Positions 34,961-54,078 of a stretch of 64,000 bases of DNA are shown one piece after another. The translations under genes and the position numbers were made by a program. Under the pieces are notes generated by a model that did not search any database, was not told the DNA's origin, and was given only the letters and a program-made list of their open reading frames with translations. Origin of the DNA: Euglena gracilis (taxonomy: Eukaryota); assembly GCA_039621445.1 (NCBI GenBank), contig CP154954.1, positions 1,302,001-1,366,000 of the forward strand, given 5' to 3'. Numbering within the stretch: position 1 is the first letter of the stretch; each line of letters opens with the position of its first letter.

Positions 34961-37117
34961 CCGTATGTTTTAAGTGGGAGTGCGATTCGTTTTTAATGTT
35001 CTTGTAATAATTTTATATAGTAAAGAGAGTTTTTATTAACATTTTGTTCAATTAGGTGAAAAACCTTTTATTTTATTGAAATTATTGCGTTATCAATAAG
35101 AACGATAACTTATTTAATTTTTTAACTGTAAAAAATTAACGATTTTTGGATAGATAATCTAAATATTGGCTATGCCATAGTTATATATTTTCTAATTAAA
35201 TTTTGTATAATTTTTAATTTTTCTTCTAATAAGATTAATTTTTTTTTTTTTTTTTGGATAAGTGTGTCCTCAAGAATTTCATTTAGCAACAAAAAGCAAC
35301 GAAATAATTTAGTTTCTATCTTTGACATTTTTTGATATGTCTATTTTTAACTTTTTTAGAGGGGATGATTTAAACGGAAAAATTTTTTATTAATTTTTAT
35401 TGACTTAAATCACACTTATAAAAGTATCAAAATTATATTTTGATATATAAGTATTTGTTAAAATACAAGTACTTTATAAGTGAGTAGTTAAATGATTTAA
35501 AAATTTCATATTTAATTTCGGATGAAAGATTTTTAATCTATTCTTGCAAATTGAACCTGTTATTCCTTCTTGGGGTGCTGAAGGTTTTGATCCGTATAAT
35601 GTAGGTGGAATTGCTTCTTTGCGAGTTGTAAAAGTTCATACTTATGAGTTAAAAGTTTTTAACTTTTTCTTACTTTAATACCTTTTATTCAATTTTTAAT
35701 TTTTAGTAATAAAAAGCCAGGTAGATTTTTTTACTAAATAGCCATTTTTGTTTTAGGTTAGTTATATTTTTTGCAATAATATTTGCAGTTTATTAATATT
35801 CTTGATAAAAACTTTTTTTACAGTTTTGTGAGAGTTTGGCTGTTAAAGAAGCATAAAATTTATTTTATTTTATTTTGTTATTGTAATTTTTATTTTTTGT
35901 GTATGAAAATTATAACTAATTAATTGTATTTTTTTACAAAATTTTTTTTTACACTTTGATTCGAAATTTTTTCCTAAGTTTAGTATTTACGAATATTTTG
36001 TAAAAAAAGTTGAGTTAAAGATTTAAAAATAACTTATTTGTTTAGGTATTTTTAAATCTTTAAAATTTGTCCTAAATTTAGTATTAGGAAAAATTGATTA
36101 ATAATTTTATTATTAATTAAAGCCGTGTGCATTTTTATTTTGCATGCACGGTTTTTTTGAGGAAATATAATAATTTATTTTCTATCAAGGCATCATATTG
36201 CTGCAGGTCTTTTAGGACTTATTGCTGGTGGATTTCATGTTTTAGTTCGCCCTTCTCAACGCTTGTTTGTACTTTTACGTATGGGGAATATTGAAACTGT
36301 TCTTTCTAGTAGTATAGCTGCGGTTTTTTGGTCTGCATTTGTTGTTTCAGGCACTATGTGGTACGGTTCTGCTTCTACACCTATTGAGCTATTTGGTCCT
36401 ACTCGATACCAATGGGATAAAGGTTATTTTCAGGAAGAAATAGAAAGACGTGTTCAAGCTAGTTTATCTGATGGTTGTTCTTTGTCAGAAGCTTGGGGTG
36501 CTATTTCGCCTAAGTTAGCTTTTTATGATTATATTGGGAATAATCCAGCAAAAGGTGGATTATTTCGTTCTGGTCCTATGAATAATGGTGATGGTATAGC
36601 GACTGCATGGTTAGGTCATGCAGTATTTATTGATAAGGAAGGTAATTCATTGTTTGTTCGTCGTATGCCTACTTTTTTTGAAACGTTTCCAGTAATATTA
36701 TTAGATCAAAATGGTGTTGTTCGTGCCGATATTCCGTTTCGTCGTGCTGAGTCTAAATATAGTATTGAACAAGTAGGCGTTACTGTTCGTTTCTTCGGTG
36801 GTAGTTTCGATACTTTAAGTTTTAATGATCCTGCTACTGTGAAAAGATATGCACGACGTGCTCAGCTTGGAGAAATTTTTGACTTTAATCGTTCTATTTT
36901 ACAGTCTGATGGTGTTTTTAGAAGTAGTCCAAGAGGCTGGTTTACTTTTGGTCATTTGTCTTTTGCTTTAATTTTCTTTTTTGGGCATATTTGGCATGGG
37001 GCAAGAACTTTATTTAAATATTTGCTTGCTGGTATTGACCCTGATTTGGAGGAAGAGATTGAATTTGGTACTTTTGAAAAATTAGGTGATGATACAACTA
37101 AGAAAGAATTAGTTTAA
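34790..37117 (+). CDS. psbB: CP47, partial (3' exons)
   Basis: [23 protein letters not shown] exon at ~35550-35620; final exon HHIAAG...KKELV. Confidence 0.93.
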
Positions 37118-37180
37118 TTATTATTTAATTAGTAAATTTGTTTTAGGAAATGTGCAAAGTTGTGAAAATTTTTTATTTTT

Positions 37181-38628
37181 ATGGAAGCTTTAGTTTATAC
37201 ATTCTGTGTGCTACGAAGTTGTATTCTTTTTACTTTAGGTAATTAAATTTAAATTAATAAAAGGGTGGATTAAGACTTTTCATAAACGCCTTTATTAAAT
37301 TTTTTGTGGGGTATATTTTTGTGCGGTTTACCTAGGACAAAACAAGATTATATGTTTTAATTTTGTATTTTTGCATATTACTTTACTTAATTTATGGAGT
37401 TTTTATACTTTAAGCAATTAAAACTAATTTTATAGATTTTATAGTTTGGTAGTGAATTTATATTTTATTATTTTGATTTGATTTTTTCGTATTTTTTTTA
37501 TTTTAATTTAGTAGAAAAGGAAATTTTTACTATTTTGTAATTTTTAATTTCGATATTTTAATGTAATAATTATTTTTAAGTGCTTTTTTTTTTTTGTTCT
37601 TTTACACGGTTGTTATATCTTTTTGTCGAGGAAATTGTAATTACATTTAATTCTTTTATTTTTGAATTAATTTTTATTAAGATGATTTGGGATAGAAACG
37701 ATTTCTGAAAAATATAATTTTTATTAAAGGTATCATATAATTACTTTTATGGTTATTTTAATTGATCGATAATTTTTTATTAATCTTGGATTGTCCACGA
37801 TATCATTTCAGGCGGGTAAAGATTTTTTATCTTTATTCTTTTGATGATTTTAGTTTTTTGGGTGAGCCAGATGCTTAGGAATTAGCTTGTCCGGTTCTTT
37901 AGGGAATTTTTTTTACCTTATATTTGATTTTACTGTTTTTATTTTAATTAAGGATGATTTTTTTTGGATTGATTATTTTTTGTTGTAAATATTATTTTAT
38001 TGCTTTTTTTTGTTGATAATATTGATATGTTTTGAAATTTTGAAGTTTCAATAAAATTTATGAAAAATTTGTATTTTTTGTAAATTATTTTTTTACTGTA
38101 GTCGTTTTCCTTTTTAATGCAGTTCTGTTAGGTCTTTTAGTATAATTTTATTTTACTGTAATTACTTAATCTTTATTAGTGTTTTTTTCATTTTTTTCAA
38201 CGAAATCAATTATAATTGTTTAAATATGTAATTTTTCTTCAATACGAATTATATTAATTTTATTTTTTTAGAAATTTCTAGTGTATTTATAAAGCTTTGT
38301 GATATACATATCAAGCATAGTTTGGTGACAATTATTTTTTATTTTTAGTCTTTTTTTTTACATTGAGTTTTATATAATTTTTAATTTTCATAAATATTTT
38401 TGAAGTTTATAAAACGTATTATATATATTTAAAATATATGAGGATTTTAACTACTAGAATAGTTGTTAATATTATTTTATTTTAAAAATTTATATTTGAG
38501 CTTTGTGTAATAGTATAATACTTGTAAAGTTCTTTTAGGAGGGTTTCCTTACTTAACTATTGATAGGTACTTTAGGCGTTATTTTTTTTGCTATTTTTTT
38601 CCGTGAATCTCCACGTATTAATAAATAA
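37181..38628 (+). CDS. psbT: Photosystem II protein T; exons 37181-37205 and 38558-38628; 1352-nt intron (probable complex twintron)
   Basis: Spliced translation; GTGTG...TTAAC boundaries; internal GTGCG and GAGCC domain V-like motifs. Confidence 0.93.
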
Positions 38629-38773
38629 TTATTCTTATTATCTTTCAATTTTCGATGTGATTTAATTTTTATTAACTTATAAAAAAGTTAATAAAAATTT
38701 TAAAAAGAAAAAGAAATAAAAAATAAATAAAATGAAATTTTCACAACAGTTTTAATTTGTTATTTATTTCATT

Positions 38774-38986
38774 TTATTTAATGTCAAGAATTACTGAAGA
38801 GTTGTATATTTCTAAAATTATTGTTAAAAAAATTGCGAATAAAGTCATAAAAATTAACATTATTCCAGCTGTCCCCCAGCCAGGAAGAACTTTTCCATAT
38901 TTAGAATTTAAAGGTTTTAATATTGTTCCTAAAGTAGTTGTTTTACCTTTAGAATTTGATGTTTTGTTTTTTGAAATAGTTGTCAT
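38774..38986 (-). CDS. psbH: Photosystem II protein H
   Basis: Same as 30772 copy. Confidence 0.96.
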   Translation of the reverse strand: MTTISKNKTSNSKGKTTTLGTILKPLNSKYGKVLPGWGTAGIMLIFMTLFAIFLTIILEIYNSSVILDIK

Positions 38987-39037
38987 AATATTAAATTTAA
39001 TAATTTTTAACTTTCTTTTGAAATTACCTATTTTATT

Positions 39038-39166
39038 TTAATTTTCATGTTCTTCAAAAGGATCTTTAAGTTTTCTTGACATTGGACCAAATCCCATGTA
39101 AATTGAGTATATTGTTGTACTTATAATAAAAAAACCTAAAAAAATAGTTGATAAAAATGATATTAT
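39038..39166 (-). CDS. psbN: PsbN
   Basis: DPFEEHEN signature. Confidence 0.85.
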   Translation of the reverse strand: MISFLSTIFLGFFIISTTIYSIYMGFGPMSRKLKDPFEEHEN

Positions 39167-39430
39167 TTTAAATAAAAATTTATATTACTTTTATTTTAGT
39201 ATATTATTTTTGGCTGACTTTTTAAAATTAAAGAATTTTTATTCCAATTCGAAAATTGTTGGTTTTGATTTAATGTGTTTTATTTATATTCGTATATATT
39301 TGAGAATTTTAAGTTTTTAATATAAAATTTTTTGTGTATTTATATTGCATGAAGTTAGGTATAATGAATTCTTTTATCTTTATAATGCATACTTGAAATT
39401 TTAATTCTTGTTTGATAAGTTTCTCTTTTT

Positions 39431-41522
39431 ATGAGTCGAGTTTACGATTGGTTGTGCGGACCGAATTTAGCATATTAGGTTATAATTCCTGAAGATTTTT
39501 ACTTAGCGTTTTTTAGCTATTTGATAGTTTGAAGCCTAATTTCATATAAATTTAGAAAGTTATTTATAAAATTTTAATTATTTTATTGCTCCGTAATTTA
39601 GCATTTGTATGTTAAATAGCAAATTTTTTGCTTGTTAAACTTTTTCGGTAATGGAAAAAACTTTGTTTGTTACAGTATAATTTTTACTATTTTTTTTTTT
39701 GAAAAAAGGGTTAACTTAAAGTTTTATGTTTTTGTTTTAGGATATTATAATTTGAATCAAAAATTTAATAAAAATTTCTAAGTACTATTTTAATCTAAGT
39801 TTAAATATTGATTAAAAATAATTGGAAATACATAATATTTTTTTATATTTTAATTTTTATTAAATTAAATGTTATTTCTTAAAAGAATCAATATTTAAAA
39901 TTACCTGTAAGTTTCAAAAGAAAATAAAAATTTTTATTTTTGTTACGAGTTATAAAGATCGCTTATCTAATTTTAGATAATTTTAGTTTTGACAAAAGCT
40001 GTGTATATGTAGTAATATTTTTTCAGTTTGCGAATAAAGTATTATAATAAAGTTATACTTTAATTCATTTTAAATAATTGTAGTTGTGTTTTTCTAAGTT
40101 GTAGCTTCTCTGAATTAATTTTTTAAGATATAATAATTTGAATATCATTTCTTTTATATTTTTACAAAATTAAAAAATAATATTTAGGATTCTATTAAAC
40201 GGTTTTATTAAGGTAGGAAAAAATTCAATAAAATTCTTATTTTAATTGCGATTTGTTGTATTTGTTAATATGGAATTTTAACTGGTATTCGTTTTTAAGA
40301 ATTATAAAGCAAAATGATTATCTATATCTTGTTTTGTTTTTAAGGGAGCTTGCTTACCTGTACGAGGAAAGATTGGAGATTCAAGCGATTGCTGACGATG
40401 TTAGTGCGATTTGGTTTGTATTATTATTTTTCAATTCTAGATTATGATTATTTATTTACAAAAATCTTAATGAATAAATGCTTTAGTTTATAAATATTTA
40501 GTCTTAATTTTAAGATAATTAATTGTTTTTATTAATAAATTTTTTTTTACATTTTAATTTGTTTTATAAAATTTTTTATGTTTTAAATTATAGATACTTT
40601 TTTATTTGAAATTTTATAGATTTGTTGGTTAGTAAAATGTTTATGATAAAATATTAGTAGTTTAAAAAGTTCTAAATTGTTTAAAATATATATGTTTTTT
40701 AATTATTTAATGTTATTTTTATTTTTTTAAATATTTATTGAATGTATTTATATTTGTTGTTTTTATAATACTAAATAAATTTTTTATAATTCAGAGACTT
40801 TTTAAAAGTTTATATAAAAGATCGATAAAACTATTTTTTAATAATAATTTTTTTATAAAAAGCCTTTTGATTATTTGATTAGTTATTTTTCAATCTTGTA
40901 GGGTTGGAAAACAATCATTTTTTAAATGACTAGTTTTTGCAGTAAATATGTTCCTCCTCACGTAAACATTTTTTATTGTCTTGGTGGCATAACATTTACT
41001 TGTTTTATTATTCAAGTAGCTACTGGTTTTGCAATGACTTTTTATTATCGTCCAACTGTTACAGAAGCTTTTCTTTCTGTTAAATATATTATGAATGAAG
41101 TTAATTTCGGGTGGCTTATTCGTTCAATTCATCGTTGGTCCGCTAGTATGATGGTTTTAATGATGATATTACATGTTTGCCGAGTTTATTTAACTGGTGG
41201 GTTTAAAAAACCTAGAGAGTTAACTTGGGTTACGGGTATAATTTTGGCAATTTTAACTGTTTCTTTTGGTGTTACAGGTTATTCTTTACCTTGGGATCAA
41301 GTTGGTTATTGGGCAGTTAAAATTGTAACAGGTGTTCCCGAAGCTATTCCATTAATTGGAAATTTTATTGTTGAGTTATTGAGAGGAAGTGTTAGTGTGG
41401 GACAGTCTACTTTAACTCGTTTTTATAGTTTACATACATTTGTTTTACCTTTGTTAACAGCTACTTTTATGTTAGGACATTTTTTAATGATACGTAAACA
41501 AGGCATTTCTGGACCTTTATAA
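39431..41522 (+). CDS. petB: Cytochrome b6; exons ~39431-39453, 40363-40403, 40939-41522; intron 1 ~909 nt (probable twintron)
   Basis: Spliced translation; GTGCG intron starts. Confidence 0.96.
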
Positions 41523-41589
41523 AAATTCTTTGTGTTTATGATTTTTACGATGTATTTCTTAATTATAAGGAACCCTTGAGCCTTGTTTA

Positions 41590-44638
<3,049 letters not shown>

Positions 44639-44788
44639 AATTATTATTGACGTATTGTAAATAATTTTTAACTATATCTTACTTAAAAAGCTTTTATTAA
44701 TATTTATTTAGTTATGCTTTGTTGAGTAAACATAATGTTTCCACTTTGTTTTTTTAGTTTGACTACGAAAAATTATAATTTTTTTACA

Positions 44789-46383
44789 ATGACATTAGAT
44801 GTATCAATTAGTACGTTACGAAGTTGCTTTTAGTTTATTAGGTATAAGTTAAAATAAAAGATAAGAAATAAAATTTTATTTATGTGTTTTTTTTAAGTTA
44901 AGTAAATTTTCCTTAAATTGTATGTTTTTGGCTATTCATATTAATTAAAAAATTGGTTAATCTAATTGGTTAATCTTAATATTTTCAATAATTTGTTAAT
45001 AAGTTTAGTAATTTTTCAAGTAGAACGTAAATAGGTTTTATTTTGGATTTTTTTTTAATAAAGAATAAACTTTTGACATATTTTTATTTAAAATTAAATG
45101 TTTAAGCTGTATGTTTTTTTTTACTTGTACAGTTTTTTAAGAGAAATTTTAGTTCGCTAATATATTTCTTTTTTCATTAAATTCTAGTTTAAATCTTTTT
45201 TCTTGAGTATTTATTTTTCAAAAGTTAATTTTTTAAATAATTTTCGTTTTTGGGGATTTTATTCTCTTTTTTAAACTTTTCTGTATGAAAAGTAAAATTA
45301 TTTTATTTTTTGGTAATTGAAATTTATTTATTATTTTAGTAGACCAATAAAAGCAAAGAGAATAGGTTTTAATTTAATTTTCTATAAATTTTTATTCTAA
45401 AGAAAATTTTACATTTTAGTTTTAATAAGTCTTGTTTTAGAGTTTTATATAATATAAAACAACCTAACCTTTTTTGCGATAGTATGTTGAAAAGCTAAAT
45501 AAATCAACAATTTTTGTTTAGTTTGTGAATAAAATTTTCAAAATTGAATTTATATTTTCTACTTTACTTATTCCTGAAAGAGTTTTTTGGGAAAAACGAG
45601 TTGAAGAAATTATTCTTCCTACTTTAAGTGGTCAGATGGGGGTTCTTAAAGACCATGTGTGACACATTATTAAAACGTTTGTTAATTTTATTAATTATAA
45701 TTTTTTGATAAATGCTTGTTTGAGATTTAACTTTACTTTTACTTTTAACCATATTAGTTAATTATTTTTATTTTCTGCATTAACATTTTGTTTGTGCGTG
45801 GTAGCTTTGAATATTTTCTAAAATTTAAAATTTACTTTTTTATAAATTATTTTTTATAAATAAGAAAAATTTAAAATTTTAAGTATCATATAATTTATAG
45901 TTTATTTTGAAAATGTATATTTAAGTCTTGTTTTAGAAGAATATATTTAAACTGTTATTTTATAACTATTTAAAGTGTTTTTACATGTTTTAGAAAAAAT
46001 TTTTAATAGTTTTAATTTTTTTAAAAACAATACTTGATAAACATAATTTGTAAGATATAATATTTGAATCTAAAAAATTTTTAAATTTGTATGCAATGGT
46101 AAGGAATGTGTATTTTTATGTAAATTATTTACAAAATTTTTGTTTTTTTTTAGTACTTTTGATTCTATCACAATTTAGTTTTAGTCAATTTTTAAGCAAA
46201 TTTTAAAAGATTTTTTGTTAAATGCCGTATGAGATTTAAATCTCCCGTACTGTATTGTTGGGGAAAAAATTAACTTAATTTATTAATTTTTAATGATAAA
46301 TTTTTTTCTATCTAAATATTCCAATATTGACTGGATTAGATATAGGTATAATCTTAGTTCGTCAAAAGTCTATATCTTCCGAT
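44789..46383 (+). CDS. atpE: atpE partial, cut in exon 3 by fold-back 3
   Basis: Exons 1-2 and start of exon 3 (IPILTGLDIGIILVRQKS). Confidence 0.9.
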
Positions 46384-46392
46384 ATGGAATAT
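46370..46392. other. Fold-back junction 3 (microhomology-mediated inversion)
   Basis: ...TCTTCCGAT joins TGGAATATTTAGATAG, the reverse complement of sequence ~60 nt upstream. Confidence 0.85.
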
Positions 46393-47919
46393 TTAGATAG
46401 AAAAAAATTTATCATTAAAAATTAATAAATTAAGTTAATTTTTTCCCCAACAATACAGACGGGAGATTTAAATCTCATACGGCATTTCAAAAAAAAATAT
46501 TTTAAAATTTGCTTAAAAATTGACTAAAACTAAATTGTGATAGAATCAAAAGTACTAAAAAAAAACAAAAATTTTGTAAATAATTTACATAAAAATACAC
46601 ATTCCTTACCATTGCATACAAATTTAAAAATTTTTTAGATTCAAATATTATATCTTACAAATTATGTTTATCAAGTATTGTTTTTAAAAAAATTAAAACT
46701 ATTAAAAATTTTTTCTAAAACATGTAAAAACACTTTAAATAGTTATAAAATAACAGTTTAAATATATTCTTCTAAAACAAGACTTAAATATACATTTTCA
46801 AAATAAACTATAAATTATATTAATCTTAAAATTTTAAATTTTTCTTATTTATAAAAAATAATTTATAAAAAAGTAAATTTTAAATTTTAGAAAATATTCA
46901 AAGCTACCACGCACAAACAAAATGTTAATGCAGAAAATAAAAATAATTAACTAATATGGTTAAAAGTAAAAGTAAAGTTAAATCTCAAACAAGCATTTAT
47001 CAAAAAATTATAATTAATAAAATTAACAAACGTTTTAATAATGTGTCACACATGGTCTTTAAGAACCCCCATCTGACCACTTAAAGTAGGAAGAATAATT
47101 TCTTCAACTCGTTTTTCCCAAAAAACTCTTTCAGGAATAAGTAAAGTAGAAAATATAAATTCAATTTTGAAAATTTTATTCACAAACTAAACAAAAATTG
47201 TTGATTTATTTAGCTTTTCAACATACTATCGCAAAAAAGGTTAGGTTGTTTTATATTATATAAAACTCTAAAACAAGACTTATTAAAACTAAAATGTAAA
47301 ATTTTCTTTAGAATAAAAATTTATAGAAAATTAAATTAAAACCTATTCTCTTTGCTTTTATTGGTCTACTAAAATAATAAATAAATTTCAATTACCAAAA
47401 AATAAAATAATTTTACTTTTCATACAGAAAAGTTTAAAAAAGAGAATAAAATCCCCAAAAACGAAAATTATTTAAAAAATTAACTTTTGAAAAATAAATA
47501 CTCAAGAAAAAAGATTTAAACTAGAATTTAATGAAAAAAGAAATATATTAGCGAACTAAAATTTCTCTTAAAAAACTGTACAAGTAAAAAAAAACATACA
47601 GCTTAAACATTTAATTTTAAATAAAAATATGTCAAAAGTTTATTCTTTATTAAAAAAAAATCCAAAATAAAACCTATTTACGTTCTACTTGAAAAATTAC
47701 TAAACTTATTAACAAATTATTGAAAATATTAAGATTAACCAATTAGATTAACCAATTTTTTAATTAATATGAATAGCCAAAAACATACAATTTAAGGAAA
47801 ATTTACTTAACTTAAAAAAAACACATAAATAAAATTTTATTTCTTATCTTTTATTTTAACTTATACCTAATAAACTAAAAGCAACTTCGTAACGTACTAA
47901 TTGATACATCTAATGTCAT
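46385..47919 (-). CDS. atpE: atpE partial inverted copy (exons 1-2)
   Basis: Mirror of 44789-46322. Confidence 0.9.
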
Positions 47920-48069
47920 TGTAAAAAAATTATAATTTTTCGTAGTCAAACTAAAAAAACAAAGTGGAAACATTATGTTTACTCAACAAAGCATAACTAA
48001 ATAAATATTAATAAAAGCTTTTTAAGTAAGATATAGTTAAAAATTATTTACAATACGTCAATAATAATT

Positions 48070-51117
<3,048 letters not shown>

Positions 51118-51184
51118 TAAACAAGGCTCAAGGGTTCCTTATAATTAAGAAATACATCGTAAAAATCATAAACACAAAGAATTT

Positions 51185-53275
51185 TTATAAAGGTCCAGAA
51201 ATGCCTTGTTTACGTATCATTAAAAAATGTCCTAACATAAAAGTAGCTGTTAACAAAGGTAAAACAAATGTATGTAAACTATAAAAACGAGTTAAAGTAG
51301 ACTGTCCCACACTAACACTTCCTCTCAATAACTCAACAATAAAATTTCCAATTAATGGAATAGCTTCGGGAACACCTGTTACAATTTTAACTGCCCAATA
51401 ACCAACTTGATCCCAAGGTAAAGAATAACCTGTAACACCAAAAGAAACAGTTAAAATTGCCAAAATTATACCCGTAACCCAAGTTAACTCTCTAGGTTTT
51501 TTAAACCCACCAGTTAAATAAACTCGGCAAACATGTAATATCATCATTAAAACCATCATACTAGCGGACCAACGATGAATTGAACGAATAAGCCACCCGA
51601 AATTAACTTCATTCATAATATATTTAACAGAAAGAAAAGCTTCTGTAACAGTTGGACGATAATAAAAAGTCATTGCAAAACCAGTAGCTACTTGAATAAT
51701 AAAACAAGTAAATGTTATGCCACCAAGACAATAAAAAATGTTTACGTGAGGAGGAACATATTTACTGCAAAAACTAGTCATTTAAAAAATGATTGTTTTC
51801 CAACCCTACAAGATTGAAAAATAACTAATCAAATAATCAAAAGGCTTTTTATAAAAAAATTATTATTAAAAAATAGTTTTATCGATCTTTTATATAAACT
51901 TTTAAAAAGTCTCTGAATTATAAAAAATTTATTTAGTATTATAAAAACAACAAATATAAATACATTCAATAAATATTTAAAAAAATAAAAATAACATTAA
52001 ATAATTAAAAAACATATATATTTTAAACAATTTAGAACTTTTTAAACTACTAATATTTTATCATAAACATTTTACTAACCAACAAATCTATAAAATTTCA
52101 AATAAAAAAGTATCTATAATTTAAAACATAAAAAATTTTATAAAACAAATTAAAATGTAAAAAAAAATTTATTAATAAAAACAATTAATTATCTTAAAAT
52201 TAAGACTAAATATTTATAAACTAAAGCATTTATTCATTAAGATTTTTGTAAATAAATAATCATAATCTAGAATTGAAAAATAATAATACAAACCAAATCG
52301 CACTAACATCGTCAGCAATCGCTTGAATCTCCAATCTTTCCTCGTACAGGTAAGCAAGCTCCCTTAAAAACAAAACAAGATATAGATAATCATTTTGCTT
52401 TATAATTCTTAAAAACGAATACCAGTTAAAATTCCATATTAACAAATACAACAAATCGCAATTAAAATAAGAATTTTATTGAATTTTTTCCTACCTTAAT
52501 AAAACCGTTTAATAGAATCCTAAATATTATTTTTTAATTTTGTAAAAATATAAAAGAAATGATATTCAAATTATTATATCTTAAAAAATTAATTCAGAGA
52601 AGCTACAACTTAGAAAAACACAACTACAATTATTTAAAATGAATTAAAGTATAACTTTATTATAATACTTTATTCGCAAACTGAAAAAATATTACTACAT
52701 ATACACAGCTTTTGTCAAAACTAAAATTATCTAAAATTAGATAAGCGATCTTTATAACTCGTAACAAAAATAAAAATTTTTATTTTCTTTTGAAACTTAC
52801 AGGTAATTTTAAATATTGATTCTTTTAAGAAATAACATTTAATTTAATTAAAAATTAAAATATATAAAAAATATTATGTATTTCCAATTATTTTTAATCA
52901 ATATTTAAACTTAGATTAAAATAGTACTTAGAAATTTTTATTAAATTTTTGATTCAAATTATAATATCCTAAAACAAAAACATAAAACTTTAAGTTAACC
53001 CTTTTTTCAAAAAAAATAGTAAAAATTATACTGTAACAAACAAAGTTTTTTCCATTACCGAAAAAGTTTAACAAGCAAAAAATTTGCTATTTAACATACA
53101 AATGCTAAATTACGGAGCAATAAAATAATTAAAATTTTATAAATAACTTTCTAAATTTATATGAAATTAGGCTTCAAACTATCAAATAGCTAAAAAACGC
53201 TAAGTAAAAATCTTCAGGAATTATAACCTAATATGCTAAATTCGGTCCGCACAACCAATCGTAAACTCGACTCAT
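51185..53275 (-). CDS. petB: Cytochrome b6
   Basis: Same as other copies. Confidence 0.96.
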
Positions 53276-53540
53276 AAAAAGAGAAACTTATCAAACAAGA
53301 ATTAAAATTTCAAGTATGCATTATAAAGATAAAAGAATTCATTATACCTAACTTCATGCAATATAAATACACAAAAAATTTTATATTAAAAAACTTAAAA
53401 TTCTCAAATATATACGAATATAAATAAAACACATTAAATCAAAACCAACAATTTTCGAATTGGAATAAAAATTCTTTAATTTTAAAAAGTCAGCCAAAAA
53501 TAATATACTAAAATAAAAGTAATATAAATTTTTATTTAAA

Positions 53541-53669
53541 ATAATATCATTTTTATCAACTATTTTTTTAGGTTTTTTTATTATAAGTACAACAATATAC
53601 TCAATTTACATGGGATTTGGTCCAATGTCAAGAAAACTTAAAGATCCTTTTGAAGAACATGAAAATTAA
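53541..53669 (+). CDS. psbN: PsbN
   Basis: DPFEEHEN signature. Confidence 0.85.
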   Translation: MISFLSTIFLGFFIISTTIYSIYMGFGPMSRKLKDPFEEHEN

Positions 53670-53720
53670 AATAAAATAGGTAATTTCAAAAGAAAGTTAA
53701 AAATTATTAAATTTAATATT

Positions 53721-53933
53721 ATGACAACTATTTCAAAAAACAAAACATCAAATTCTAAAGGTAAAACAACTACTTTAGGAACAATATTAAAACCTTTAAA
53801 TTCTAAATATGGAAAAGTTCTTCCTGGCTGGGGGACAGCTGGAATAATGTTAATTTTTATGACTTTATTCGCAATTTTTTTAACAATAATTTTAGAAATA
53901 TACAACTCTTCAGTAATTCTTGACATTAAATAA
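53721..53933 (+). CDS. psbH: Photosystem II protein H
   Basis: Same as other copies. Confidence 0.96.
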   Translation: MTTISKNKTSNSKGKTTTLGTILKPLNSKYGKVLPGWGTAGIMLIFMTLFAIFLTIILEIYNSSVILDIK

Positions 53934-54078
53934 AATGAAATAAATAACAAATTAAAACTGTTGTGAAAATTTCATTTTATTTATTTTTTATTTCTTTTTC
54001 TTTTTAAAATTTTTATTAACTTTTTTATAAGTTAATAAAAATTAAATCACATCGAAAATTGAAAGATAATAAGAATAA

